From: an uncultured Candidatus Saccharibacteria bacterium
GTDB lineage: Bacteria; Patescibacteriota; Saccharimonadia; Saccharimonadales; 2-12-FULL-41-12
Assembly (NCBI GenBank): GCA_964404795.1
Contig: CAYOLI010000001.1
Span: forward strand, 140,137 to 204,136
DNA: 64,000 bases
Reading direction: 5' to 3'
The notes under the pieces were generated by a model. That model saw nothing but the letters and a program-made list of their open reading frames with translations. It did not search any database and was not told the origin of the DNA. Each line of letters begins with the position of its first letter. The stretch's first letter is position 1. Shown piece after piece: positions 1 to 9,690 of the stretch. A program made the position numbers and the translations under genes.

Positions 1-49
1 AGATAATAAAACAACAGGCGATTAGTACTTAAATATTCACCTGCGGCAT

Positions 50-1027
50 TTAGAGGGAGTGTCTGATATGCGGAGTAACAGGAGGTTTTTTTTCACTGAT
101 TAAGGAGTCAATATATTCGATGCTTACTCTTCTGTGTCTTTGTATTGTAATTCTGTCAATTATGACTACAGGAAAATGCACCAGTACAACAAGAATCGCA
201 TGTAGGTAATTAATAAATCTAAAGTTTACTATACTCGAAACAAAACTTCTTGCAGATTGGTAAACCAATGAAGGGGTGTATTTTATTAACAATTTTGTAG
301 GGATATTTTTAAAAAGCAAAAAATAATAATTTTTATTTGAATGAAATTGGCTGAACGATCCCAACGTAGAGCTTGTGGCTGACACAGCATGATATGCTAT
401 AGCGGATGGAGTGTACCATATCTTCCATCCGTAAAGTTGTGCTCGAAATGATATATCTACATCTTCAAAATAGGCAAAAAATCGTTCATCAAATAATCCA
501 ACATCTTTAAACATCGCTACCCTGTACAAGCTTGCTCCACCGCTGGCGCTAAATACGGGTTCTGTTTTATCGTATTGACCAGTATCAACAGTATTTCTTC
601 CTCTCGGGAAGGGTATACCCCTCTTTGTATAAAAATCCCCCGTACTGTCAAAATGTCTACCATCTGTTCGCATTAATTTGCCAGTGGTTATACCAATTTG
701 TTCATCCTTAACAATGGTATTTACAAGATTTTTTAGCCAGTTTTGATCTGCTTCTGCATCGTTGTTGAAAAGGGCTACCATATCAAAATCATGATCAATT
801 GCATACCTAATTCCCATATTCACTCCACCAGCGAAACCAAGGTTGGTTGAGTTCTTTATCAAAATAACATTTTTAAATTGTTTTTCTATAATATCGATAG
901 AATTATCTGTAGAGGCATTATCTATGACGACTATGGTAGCTTTATAGGTTTGCCCCTCTAAGGATTTGATACACTTACTGATTAGTGTTGATCCATTCCA
1001 GTTTGGGATAATAATACAAATCTTCAT
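50..1027 (-). CDS. Family 2 glycosyltransferase
   Basis: ORF 50..1132. Start placed at ATG 1027 (MKICIIIPNWNG...), the usual GT2 N-terminus. IVVIDNASTDNS, FAGGVNMG and YFEDVD motifs fit the GT-A fold. Confidence 0.8.
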   Translation of the reverse strand: MKICIIIPNWNGSTLISKCIKSLEGQTYKATIVVIDNASTDNSIDIIEKQFKNVILIKNSTNLGFAGGVNMGIRYAIDHDFDMVALFNNDAEADQNWLKNLVNTIVKDEQIGITTGKLMRTDGRHFDSTGDFYTKRGIPFPRGRNTVDTGQYDKTEPVFSASGGASLYRVAMFKDVGLFDERFFAYFEDVDISFRAQLYGWKIWYTPSAIAYHAVSATSSTLGSFSQFHSNKNYYFLLFKNIPTKLLIKYTPSLVYQSARSFVSSIVNFRFINYLHAILVVLVHFPVVIIDRITIQRHRRVSIEYIDSLISEKKPPVTPHIRHSL

Positions 1028-1076
1028 TATGATATACGTATATTCTAAATTATAATTGTATACGACCATCAATACT

Positions 1077-1877
1077 ATGAAGCATTTAGTATCAAAACAA
1101 AATCGTATTCTTCTCACAGAGTTAGTTCGCACTGACTTTAAGCTACGATATCAGGGTTCAGTATTAGGGTATACTTGGTCTCTTCTTCGTCCACTACTCC
1201 TTTTTGCAATACTGTACATCGTATTCGTAAAGTTCTTAAGAATCGGTGGGGACATTCCTCATTTTCCTATATATCTATTGCTTGGTATTGTACTTTGGAA
1301 TTTCTTGTCAGAAGTGACTAGCCAGAGTCTCTCTTCAATAGTGGGGAGGGGCGATCTTATAAGAAAGATCCGCATTCCTAGGTGGATTATAGTGTTATCT
1401 GCTAGCGTGTCAGCATTGATTAATCTTGGCCTAAATCTATTGGTCGTTTTAGCATTTATGTTCTTCAATAAGATTGATTTTCTGGAGACCAGTATTTGGT
1501 TTCCGCTGATTCTACTTCAAATCTATATTCTGGGCCTTGGCTTATCCTTGATATTGGCTACCGCCTTTGTCAAGTATAGAGACGTTAGCTATATATGGGA
1601 GGTTGTTTTACAAGCTGGCTTTTATGTTACGCCAATTCTATATCCATTAACACTTATTACAAACATTACATATCAGAAACTGCTTTTGATTAATCCTATG
1701 GCACAAGCAATCCAAGATGCACGCTATGTTTTGGTTACTCATTCGACTCTAACTGTTGGAACAGTATTCAAAGATGTAGTCTATTGGACAGTACCTATTG
1801 GGATTTGCCTTGCTTTTCTGTTGGTTGGCATTCTTTACTTTAGAAAAGAAGCAAAAAATTTTGCAGAGGATTTATAA
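1077..1877 (+). CDS. ABC-2 type polysaccharide/teichoic-acid export permease (Wzm/TagG-like)
   Basis: LVRTDFKLRYQGSVLGYTWSLLRPLL signature of ABC-2 glycan exporters and about 6 TM segments. ATG 1077, with an alternative TTG at 1056. The stop lies 1 nt before the ATPase start. Confidence 0.8.
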   Translation: MKHLVSKQNRILLTELVRTDFKLRYQGSVLGYTWSLLRPLLLFAILYIVFVKFLRIGGDIPHFPIYLLLGIVLWNFLSEVTSQSLSSIVGRGDLIRKIRIPRWIIVLSASVSALINLGLNLLVVLAFMFFNKIDFLETSIWFPLILLQIYILGLGLSLILATAFVKYRDVSYIWEVVLQAGFYVTPILYPLTLITNITYQKLLLINPMAQAIQDARYVLVTHSTLTVGTVFKDVVYWTVPIGICLAFLLVGILYFRKEAKNFAEDL

Positions 1878-1878
1878 T

Positions 1879-3072
1879 ATGGACGACGAAGTAGCAATCA
1901 AAGTAGATTCTGTCAGTAAATCGTTTAAGCTACCCCATGAGAGGCAGAGATCCATAAAAAGTATTTTTATCGGTATGTTTAGTGGCAAAAAGACTTATGA
2001 AGAACATTCGGTACTGAAGGAAATATCTTTTGAAATAAAAAAAGGTGATTTTTTTGGGATTGTGGGGCGAAACGGAAGCGGAAAAAGTACATTGTTGAAA
2101 TTACTTGCAGGTATTTACAGTCCTGATCAAGGGGAAATTCAAATCAACGGAAGCTTAACTCCTTTTATTGAGCTTGGTGTTGGATTTAACCCCGAACTTA
2201 CTGGACGAGAAAATGTGTTTCTTAACGGTGCATTACTTGGGTTTAGTAGAAGTGAGATAGAAAAGATATATACAACTATCGTAAAGTTTGCAGAACTCGA
2301 AAAATTTATGGACCAAAAGCTTAAGAACTATTCTTCGGGTATGCAAGTACGTTTGGCCTTTTCGATAGCGATTAGAGCAAAGACAGATATATTATTGATT
2401 GACGAAGTATTAGCCGTTGGAGATGCTGCCTTCCAGAAGAAGTGTTTTGATTTTTTTAGTTCTTTTAAAGGTAAAACAACTGTGGTGTTTGTCACTCACG
2501 ACATGGACGCTGTAAAGCGTTTTTGTAATAAAGTGCTTGTTGTTGATCGCTCAAGATCCATTGGTGTATACAGCCCCAAAGAGGGGGCTTACGAGTATGA
2601 GAAAATAATGGATAAGGTAATCAATGATGACAAGCATCAAGACAATCAAGATATTGGAAGTAAGCAAGCAATAATTAAGAAGGTTAACCTATCAGGAGGG
2701 CATAATAGAATATATGAACTCGGTGAAGATATTGATCTTACATTTGAAATTGAGTGTCTAGACGAAACAATTATTGGAAATCAACTTGTAGTCGGAGTAG
2801 GGTTTTGCGATGATAGAGGTGTTAATATAATCGGACCCAATTCAAAAGGACGGTGTAGAATAATAGCAAAAGAGCATGTAGAGGTTGGTTTTTCCCTCAA
2901 GAGAAGTCCTTTTTCAAAGGGTAATATTTCAATAAATGTTGGATTATTTAGCGAAGATTTGCAGGACACCTATCATTTTTTGTTTAACGCAATAGAGATT
3001 AAGGCAGTCAGTGGTTTTGATAGTGGCGGTATAATTACGTATGAAGATGTAAAGTGGACAGCAAAAAAATGA
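1879..3072 (+). CDS. Polysaccharide export ABC ATPase (Wzt/TagH-like) with a C-terminal extension
   Basis: Start at MDDEVAIKVDSVSKSF (ATG 1879). Walker A is GRNGSGKST, signature YSSGMQVRL, Walker B LLIDEV. About 130 aa follow the NBD (nt ~2690-3072), in the position of the Wzt carbohydrate-binding domain. Confidence 0.85.
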   Translation: MDDEVAIKVDSVSKSFKLPHERQRSIKSIFIGMFSGKKTYEEHSVLKEISFEIKKGDFFGIVGRNGSGKSTLLKLLAGIYSPDQGEIQINGSLTPFIELGVGFNPELTGRENVFLNGALLGFSRSEIEKIYTTIVKFAELEKFMDQKLKNYSSGMQVRLAFSIAIRAKTDILLIDEVLAVGDAAFQKKCFDFFSSFKGKTTVVFVTHDMDAVKRFCNKVLVVDRSRSIGVYSPKEGAYEYEKIMDKVINDDKHQDNQDIGSKQAIIKKVNLSGGHNRIYELGEDIDLTFEIECLDETIIGNQLVVGVGFCDDRGVNIIGPNSKGRCRIIAKEHVEVGFSLKRSPFSKGNISINVGLFSEDLQDTYHFLFNAIEIKAVSGFDSGGIITYEDVKWTAKK

Positions 3073-3944
3073 TTCCAGAATTTGATTTTAGAGTATATCG
3101 TAGCGAAGAGAAGCCAAAACCGTTTAGGGATTATCTATATTTTGATAATCTAATCATTAAGCGTGGTAAGCTTGGCGGGTTTTGCCCTATTTGTGGCGCA
3201 ACAACCCTGTTCGAGCTACAAGCTCCAATCGTAAGAGAGGATTTGAGTTGTCGGAACTGTCGATCGTTTAATAGAATTCGACAACTAATGATTGGGCTTG
3301 CATGGGCAAGAGGTGTAAAAATCAAGTTCAATACTAATTTGAGGGATATTTTTGCTACATTCAAGAGCCCTACCAGGATCTTATTATTGGAGGCGGTAAC
3401 ACCAATTGCCGCTATGTTTGAATATTATGCAGCACAATCAAAAAAGGTTGAGCTGTATAAAACTGAATATATTTCAGGATCTCTAAAATCAGGAGAACAA
3501 AAAGAAGATATTATGCATTTTGATATCTTAAAGAGTGGTTTTGATGATGAGTTTTTTGATATTATTGTGCACGCTGATGTGTTTGAGCATGTTAGCGATG
3601 CTCCAAGAGCAGAGAGGGAACAATATCGGTTGCTCAAAAAAAATGGCTTTGCAATATATACCGCCCCAACTAAGGATGAGCTCAACAATGATGATATAAG
3701 GACTAGATTACATAAGGATGGTTCTCTTAATAAAATAAAAAGTGCGATTTACCATGGAGACCCTGCTCCAAGTGACCTTGGCGAAGCGGGTAGCATTGTT
3801 TTTAGGTTTTTTTCCTACAACGACATCAGAAAGAGATACTTAGCCCTAGGTGCGGATTATAGTTGTTTGAAAATTTATGCCCCAGGTTTTGGTATTATAG
3901 GGCAGAACAACCACGTACATTATGTTAAAAAACCTAAGAAATAA
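3069..3944 (+). CDS. Zn-ribbon plus methyltransferase-like protein (paralog 1)
   Basis: ATGA overlap with the Wzt stop. CPICG...CRNCRS four-Cys ribbon. DIIVHADVFEHVSDAP resembles class I MTase motif IV/V, but motif I is glycine-less (ILLLEAVTP). Roughly 40% identity by eye to ORF 6159..7034. Confidence 0.55.
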   Translation: MIPEFDFRVYRSEEKPKPFRDYLYFDNLIIKRGKLGGFCPICGATTLFELQAPIVREDLSCRNCRSFNRIRQLMIGLAWARGVKIKFNTNLRDIFATFKSPTRILLLEAVTPIAAMFEYYAAQSKKVELYKTEYISGSLKSGEQKEDIMHFDILKSGFDDEFFDIIVHADVFEHVSDAPRAEREQYRLLKKNGFAIYTAPTKDELNNDDIRTRLHKDGSLNKIKSAIYHGDPAPSDLGEAGSIVFRFFSYNDIRKRYLALGADYSCLKIYAPGFGIIGQNNHVHYVKKPKK

Positions 3945-5145
3945 ATTGATCAAATATATCCTTAACTTGATTACTAAAAGCAGTACTGTTAAATCGTTCA
4001 GCTCTTTTAGTGACAGTTTTGCTTAATTGGTCTGAACTGCTGCTGTCCATTTCTGCGACTTTATTTGTATATTTTATTAGTTCATCTTGGTTATTCCAAA
4101 GATAACCAGTTTTGCCTTGAATAACAGACTCTTTCTGGCCGGCGGAATTTATAACTACTGGTATGGCGCCCGCCGACATGGCTTCTACAGTTGTAATACC
4201 AAAATGTTCTTGCTTTTCTGGGTATTTGTCTATATCAGAACCGTAACCTGTTGCATGCCAGTAGATAGATGCCTGATTATATAGATACTTCAACTCATTG
4301 AAGCCACAATCGAAATGGAATACCACAGGATAGTTCTTTGCCATATTCATCAACGATACGATGTAAATAGCTCCACTCTTGCTTTTTTCAACTGTGCCCG
4401 CAAAGTGCAACTCCCACCCCTGCTTGTGCATTTTTTTCATTTTAATGAATTCTTCAAGCAAAAAATCTTGTCGTTTGTGGTGGTTATTCTCAAGATTTTC
4501 GAAAAAACGCCCAACACTGAGTATAATTTTTTCTTTCTTAATGTTTTGAGAAAGCATGGAGTCACAAATTGGGTATAAGATTTTACTATTAAGTCCCCAG
4601 AATTTTTTAACATACTTTTGGGTATAAAGGGAGTTCGCCGTAATAAGGTCGTAAGTATCGACTGAGTGCCGTTTGCTCTGGTAAAGAGTATATTTGTATA
4701 ATATATGCAAAATTGAACGATAACCTTTCTTCAAAAGATTTTTGGTGACTTCCTTTTCAAGTTTCTGGGGGAACATACACATATAAACGCCAGTCCTGCC
4801 GGGATTTGGTAGATTACTGTGAAAGCAGTTATTAATAAACAAATCATAGTTCTTTGATTTTAGCTTTCTGTAGAGCCAGAGTTCTTCGGTATAGTTCTTT
4901 AAACTTCTAGGAATAGGTAAGCGCCTTATTACCTTAAGAATAGGAGCATTCATCTTGATAATATTTAATTTTACTCTCGAAAGATCTATATCAAAATATG
5001 CTGCCGAATCTTCAAGGTCAATCTTTCTATGTATGACAATGCTCACTCGATGATCCTTCGAAAGTTCTGACGCCAGTGCGAGGCAAACTTTTTCGCCACC
5101 ACCTTTTGTGTCTAAATAAGGATTATAAATACAAATGTTTTTCAA
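3934..5145 (-). CDS. GT4-family (GT-B) glycosyltransferase
   Basis: The C-terminal EHFGITTVEAMSAGAIPVV motif matches the E-x7-E region of GT4. Start placed at TTG 5145, preceded by GAAGGAGGA, with a TTGA overlap onto the upstream GT2 stop. Confidence 0.8.
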   Translation of the reverse strand: MKNICIYNPYLDTKGGGEKVCLALASELSKDHRVSIVIHRKIDLEDSAAYFDIDLSRVKLNIIKMNAPILKVIRRLPIPRSLKNYTEELWLYRKLKSKNYDLFINNCFHSNLPNPGRTGVYMCMFPQKLEKEVTKNLLKKGYRSILHILYKYTLYQSKRHSVDTYDLITANSLYTQKYVKKFWGLNSKILYPICDSMLSQNIKKEKIILSVGRFFENLENNHHKRQDFLLEEFIKMKKMHKQGWELHFAGTVEKSKSGAIYIVSLMNMAKNYPVVFHFDCGFNELKYLYNQASIYWHATGYGSDIDKYPEKQEHFGITTVEAMSAGAIPVVINSAGQKESVIQGKTGYLWNNQDELIKYTNKVAEMDSSSSDQLSKTVTKRAERFNSTAFSNQVKDIFDQFIS

Positions 5146-6113
5146 AGTTTTTCCTCCTTCAATATCCCACATCTCTTAGCGAGAGCATAAGGTGTCAGGC
5201 ATACTGCGGCCCATATCATTTTCTGGCTAAGTAAGAATTCTTTTAAAGCTTGTTTTTTACCGTAATGTGCGCCTAGAGATAGGTAAATATTCTTAATGCG
5301 TAAGAGCAAATGATCTGCCAGAGTATGTTTCCAGGCCTTTGCCCACGGAATGAATTTGCCATTCTTTGTAAGAATGAGGATACGGTTTCTTCCTACGAAG
5401 TGGTTGAACAATGGAGACCCCTCCTTGCTTGAGCCAGTATGTTCATGATAAGCAATTGCCTGGGGTGCATAATAAAAGCTAAACCCTTTTTTCTGTCCTC
5501 GCCAGGATAAATCACCATCTTCGAAATACATAAAAAAACGAGCATCAAACATACCGACTGTGCTCAGAAATTCTCTGGTAAACAGCACGCTTGCACCACA
5601 AATCGCTGATATCTCGCAGACCTTATCATATTTTCCGTCGTCTTTCTCGTTAGCCCCTATTTCGTATATCGGCCAAGCACTGTTTATGTCCAGTCGCGAT
5701 CCTGCGTTATTGATGTAGCCAGGATTATTCTTGAATAGGATCTTGGGGTTAATTGCTGCGGCATCATTTTCTATAGCTGTAGAGACCATTTCTGTAATCA
5801 TTGATTTGTGCATCTCTAAATCGTTATTAACAACCAAGATAAATTGTCCAGTTGCCTGATGTACGCCACGGTTGTTTCCCCCGGCGTAGCCATAATTTTT
5901 GTCATTCTTAACTAGCTTAATGTTGGGGTATTTGTTGGCATATTCTCTCTCAGTGTACGCTAGTGAGTCATCAGATGAGTTGTTATCGATAAATAAAAGC
6001 TCGAGGGCATCCTTCGGGTAATCTTGTTGAAGATAACTTTTCATAAACTGGTCAATAAATCTCTTCCCATTCCAATTTAAAACCAGGACGGAAACTTTTG
6101 GTTTTTTCGACAT
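5142..6113 (-). CDS. Family 2 glycosyltransferase
   Basis: KVSVLVLNWNG, LLFIDNNSSDDS, YAGGNNRG and YFEDGDLSWR are classical GT2 (rhamnosyl/galactosyl-transferase-like) motifs. Confidence 0.85.
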   Translation of the reverse strand: MSKKPKVSVLVLNWNGKRFIDQFMKSYLQQDYPKDALELLFIDNNSSDDSLAYTEREYANKYPNIKLVKNDKNYGYAGGNNRGVHQATGQFILVVNNDLEMHKSMITEMVSTAIENDAAAINPKILFKNNPGYINNAGSRLDINSAWPIYEIGANEKDDGKYDKVCEISAICGASVLFTREFLSTVGMFDARFFMYFEDGDLSWRGQKKGFSFYYAPQAIAYHEHTGSSKEGSPLFNHFVGRNRILILTKNGKFIPWAKAWKHTLADHLLLRIKNIYLSLGAHYGKKQALKEFLLSQKMIWAAVCLTPYALAKRCGILKEEKL

Positions 6114-6158
6114 ACTGAGTATTATAAACTACAAAGGGTTAACAAAGGGAGATACAAT

Positions 6159-7034
6159 TTGATTAACAAGAACCATATGATGAATCGACATCAGATTTTT
6201 TGTACAGAATCTGATAGACCTACGACTAATAACGAATTTTTACAAGAAGATAATCAAGCGATATTAAGAGGTGGGAAGTTTGGTCACTGTTTAGTTTGTG
6301 GGCTGGATGTATACTTTCAGATAAATCATCCTAACCTAAGAGAATCGTTGGTCTGTCCCGTCTGTAAGTCATATAATCGCCAGCGCCAATTAGTTGCTAC
6401 TATATCCCTCTCAATGTTTGGCGGTGTTTATGACCTTAAAGAGATACTACACAAACTAAAGGGCTCAAAGATACTAATGCTTGAAAGTGTCACTAATCTA
6501 GCAGAAGCGTTTAAGTATTACGGGAAAGGATTGGTCGAATTGCATACCACAGAGTACATTGCGGACACTATGGAATCTGGCGAAACCTCAAATGATGGTA
6601 TTGTGCACCTTAATATTCAAGACCCACACTTTTCTGAGAGTTACTTTGATGTCATTATCCATGCAGATGTCTTTGAGCACGTCAGTGACGCTCCAAAGGC
6701 AGAGGAACAGCAACTAAAACTCCTAAAGAAAAAAGGCAAAGTGTTCTATACAGCGCCATTTGTAGCCGAGCTAGACAAAGATGATGTGAGAGCGATGATC
6801 AAGAGAGGTAAGCTTGTTCATATGGGCGACCCCATTTATCACGGCGACCCATCTCCTAGGCAGGATGTGGACAATAACAAGGGTTGCCTTGTTTTTAGGA
6901 TATTTTCTTACCCCGAGCTTCTGCAAAGATCAAAATCTTTGGGAGCTAGTTTTAAATGTTACCATTTATATGCAGGGGGGCTGGGTATTATTGGTAATAA
7001 TGCATATGTTTTTGAAATCATTAAGGCCATATGA
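6159..7034 (+). CDS. Zn-ribbon plus methyltransferase-like protein (paralog 2)
   Basis: CLVCG...CPVCKS ribbon, DVIIHADVFEHVSDAPKAE, and a glycine-less motif I (ILMLESVTN). TTG 6159 sits 7 nt after GGGAGA. Confidence 0.55.
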   Translation: MINKNHMMNRHQIFCTESDRPTTNNEFLQEDNQAILRGGKFGHCLVCGLDVYFQINHPNLRESLVCPVCKSYNRQRQLVATISLSMFGGVYDLKEILHKLKGSKILMLESVTNLAEAFKYYGKGLVELHTTEYIADTMESGETSNDGIVHLNIQDPHFSESYFDVIIHADVFEHVSDAPKAEEQQLKLLKKKGKVFYTAPFVAELDKDDVRAMIKRGKLVHMGDPIYHGDPSPRQDVDNNKGCLVFRIFSYPELLQRSKSLGASFKCYHLYAGGLGIIGNNAYVFEIIKAI

Positions 7035-7039
7035 GCCAT

Positions 7040-8509
7040 TTATATCCAGTAGGATTGTAATATCAGGAGTTGCATAAAAGAAAGATTAGCGGTAGTTATA
7101 CCAATAATTAATATACTAGCTCTGAGGTTATTAGTAGTTTGCAGGATAGGCCTGGCTAGACCGCTAAAAATAACGATAAAGGGCAGTAACGGTATGAAAT
7201 AACGACCCTGTACTCCATTTACAAAATGGGCACCTTTGGAAGTTGTATAAAAGAGCATGGACAGTGTTATGCCAGCAAACGATACCCCCATAAGCAATAT
7301 GAGTAAAAGATGTAATCTTCTAGCAAAGATAATTCTCTTTTTCTCTGACATGCAATATGCAAGCAGTAGCACAAAGTACACGGACAAGGAATACCACACG
7401 GGGGGTTTAATATAGTAGGATGTGAATAGACCAAAGAAGCCCTGTGTAATAAAATTCGGGATTGCGTGCTCGCTATTTAGGTCGCTGACATAGGTATGGT
7501 AGAGTAGTTTAGCCGTGTAAGACGGGTATACTAAATTTTTGATATTGTCACTGGTGTCATTAGGATAAATTCCTACACTATTCACGGCAAGTCTGTTAGC
7601 TTGATGTACTCCGCGAGCAGAAACAGCAATATTCCAAGATGTTACAAGTAAAAAGGGTACAAGCAGGGTCAATGCTAGCCATCTAGCTCTGGAAGTCCCG
7701 CGTGCAAAGGCCTCTTTTGGTAGTAGCAATAAAATCAAGAAAAGGGGATAGTATACAATTTTACTCAGTGATACAAAAGTGACGGCACAAAAAATCAACA
7801 GTAATAGATTGACTCTATGCTTTCCGAATGTAGCGATGTAACGACGGTTGCTATAAATATAAATGTAGCAAGCGATAAATAGAATACAGAAACCCACGAT
7901 CAGTGCATCAATTGATGTAGATGCAGCTTCTTGGACGCACATTGGTAATAGTCCAATAATTGCAAAAAACCATTTTTTAGTTGGGGCAATGCGGATGGCA
8001 AGTGCTACCATCAATATAAAGCCACACAAGACCGTCATGCGAATTAAGTATAAAGTTGTTAACACTGATAGGTTTAGGATACGCGCAAGACCAATGGTTG
8101 TGGCCTGCAGTACGTATGAAATTGGTGAATATAACGCAGTATTGCTATAGCCCAATACAGATCTAGAGTCACTGTTAATGTGGATATTATTAACATCAGA
8201 TATTTTGGAATGTATATATGCTTTGTTGATTTTTTTGTTGGTAGCATTAAAATTATACATAGCATTCATCTCAATAAAGCTATTGGGAATGGCGCCACCA
8301 ACTTGTCCGTTTCCTATACTTTTTGTAAGCAATACGCCGTTTGATATCTCGTAAGCTCTTGCAGTATGAGCGATCTCATCATTAACAACCATAGGAGGTT
8401 GAGTGAATACAGATGTAAGCCCAAAGACTGTTGCCAATATTACGAATGTTATTAAAGGACTATCAGATAGAAATCGAATAATCCGCTCGCTCTTGCTCTT
8501 AATTGACAT
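7040..8509 (-). CDS. Polytopic membrane protein, DUF2142-like (candidate GT-C glycosyltransferase)
   Basis: About 12 TM segments. The first loop motif VNDEIAHTARAYEIS is the D-E-x-x-H pattern I associate with DUF2142. Start placed at ATG 8509 (MSIKSK), overlapping the upstream gene by 11 nt. Confidence 0.55.
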   Translation of the reverse strand: MSIKSKSERIIRFLSDSPLITFVILATVFGLTSVFTQPPMVVNDEIAHTARAYEISNGVLLTKSIGNGQVGGAIPNSFIEMNAMYNFNATNKKINKAYIHSKISDVNNIHINSDSRSVLGYSNTALYSPISYVLQATTIGLARILNLSVLTTLYLIRMTVLCGFILMVALAIRIAPTKKWFFAIIGLLPMCVQEAASTSIDALIVGFCILFIACYIYIYSNRRYIATFGKHRVNLLLLIFCAVTFVSLSKIVYYPLFLILLLLPKEAFARGTSRARWLALTLLVPFLLVTSWNIAVSARGVHQANRLAVNSVGIYPNDTSDNIKNLVYPSYTAKLLYHTYVSDLNSEHAIPNFITQGFFGLFTSYYIKPPVWYSLSVYFVLLLAYCMSEKKRIIFARRLHLLLILLMGVSFAGITLSMLFYTTSKGAHFVNGVQGRYFIPLLPFIVIFSGLARPILQTTNNLRASILIIGITTANLSFMQLLILQSYWI

Positions 8510-9690
8510 AGGTGTATAATATAGGTCTTTCACCAGACATAGTTGCAACTGATTCAGAGACTAATGCAAACTGTGTAGCATACGCACCAGGTGTAGAGGG
8601 TGCTTTATACCAGAATTCGAAAGTAGCATTCTGGCCTGGATTTACCATATCTTCAATCTGTGCAGTTGGACGAAAACAACTTATCCAGCTTGTGTCGCAA
8701 AAAAGACTTGGGGTAGACGCCGCAACGGCTAACCTCACTGGGCCTACTCCAGACCTCATCCAAGCAACATTTCCGTTATTTCTAAATTTAATCTGAATGA
8801 AAACCTTGTTACCAGCTAACATCTGGTTGTGACTTGTTTCTTGTGTCATCGAAGCATCAGTAAAGGTTCTGACTTGACTTGCGTTGGTAGCGTAGATTCG
8901 AGGTGTTACACGAGTATAAATTATTGGTTCCTCACCGTCCATTCCAGAAACTGTCTCTGCAAGTATTGCAAATCTCGTAGCATAGTCACCAGGTGTAGAG
9001 GGTGCTTTATACCAGAATTCGAAAGTTGCATATCCTCCAAGGCCTACCTCAGCTTCTTTCATATTGGCTGGCCTAGCGCAGTTTATCCAACTTAGATCAC
9101 AAAAGTAGCTATTGTTTGCCGTTGCAAGTCTAACTGCACCGGAGCCATAGTTCTTCCACACAACGTTACCGTTATTACGGAATTTCATTTGAATGAATAC
9201 CTTATCATTAGGCGACAGAGTATTAGCATTGATCTGTTGACCCATCGAAGCATCAGTAAATACTCGGACCTGACTATTGTTATTGGCATATAACGGGGGG
9301 TTAACGTAAGTATAAAGCATGGGTGCATCACCAATAATATTTGTAATCATCTCTGAGACTAATGCAAACTGTGTAGCATACGCACCAGGTGTAGAGGGTG
9401 CTTTATACCAGAATTCGAAAGTTGCATATCCTCCGGGTCCAACAGAACTTTCCTTCATATCTACAACACGCGAGCAGCTTATCCACCCCGTGTCACAGAA
9501 GGGGTTGCCTGCTGATGTAGAAAGTCTTACAGCTCCCAAGCCATAGTTTGTCCAGATGGCATCTCCGTTATTTCTAAATTTAATCTGAATGAAAACCTTG
9601 TTACCAGCTAACATCTGGTTGTGACTTGTTTCTTGTGTCATCGAAGCATCAGTAAAGGTTCTGACTTGACTTGCGTTGGTAGCGTAGAAG
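8499..9690 (-). repeat. Three in-frame tandem coding repeats (396-bp period) with perfect DNA blocks
   Basis: 8772..8896 is identical to 9564..9688 (125 bp). 8557..8624 is identical to 9355..9422 (68 bp). 8987..9038 is identical to 9383..9434 (52 bp). Confidence 0.9.
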
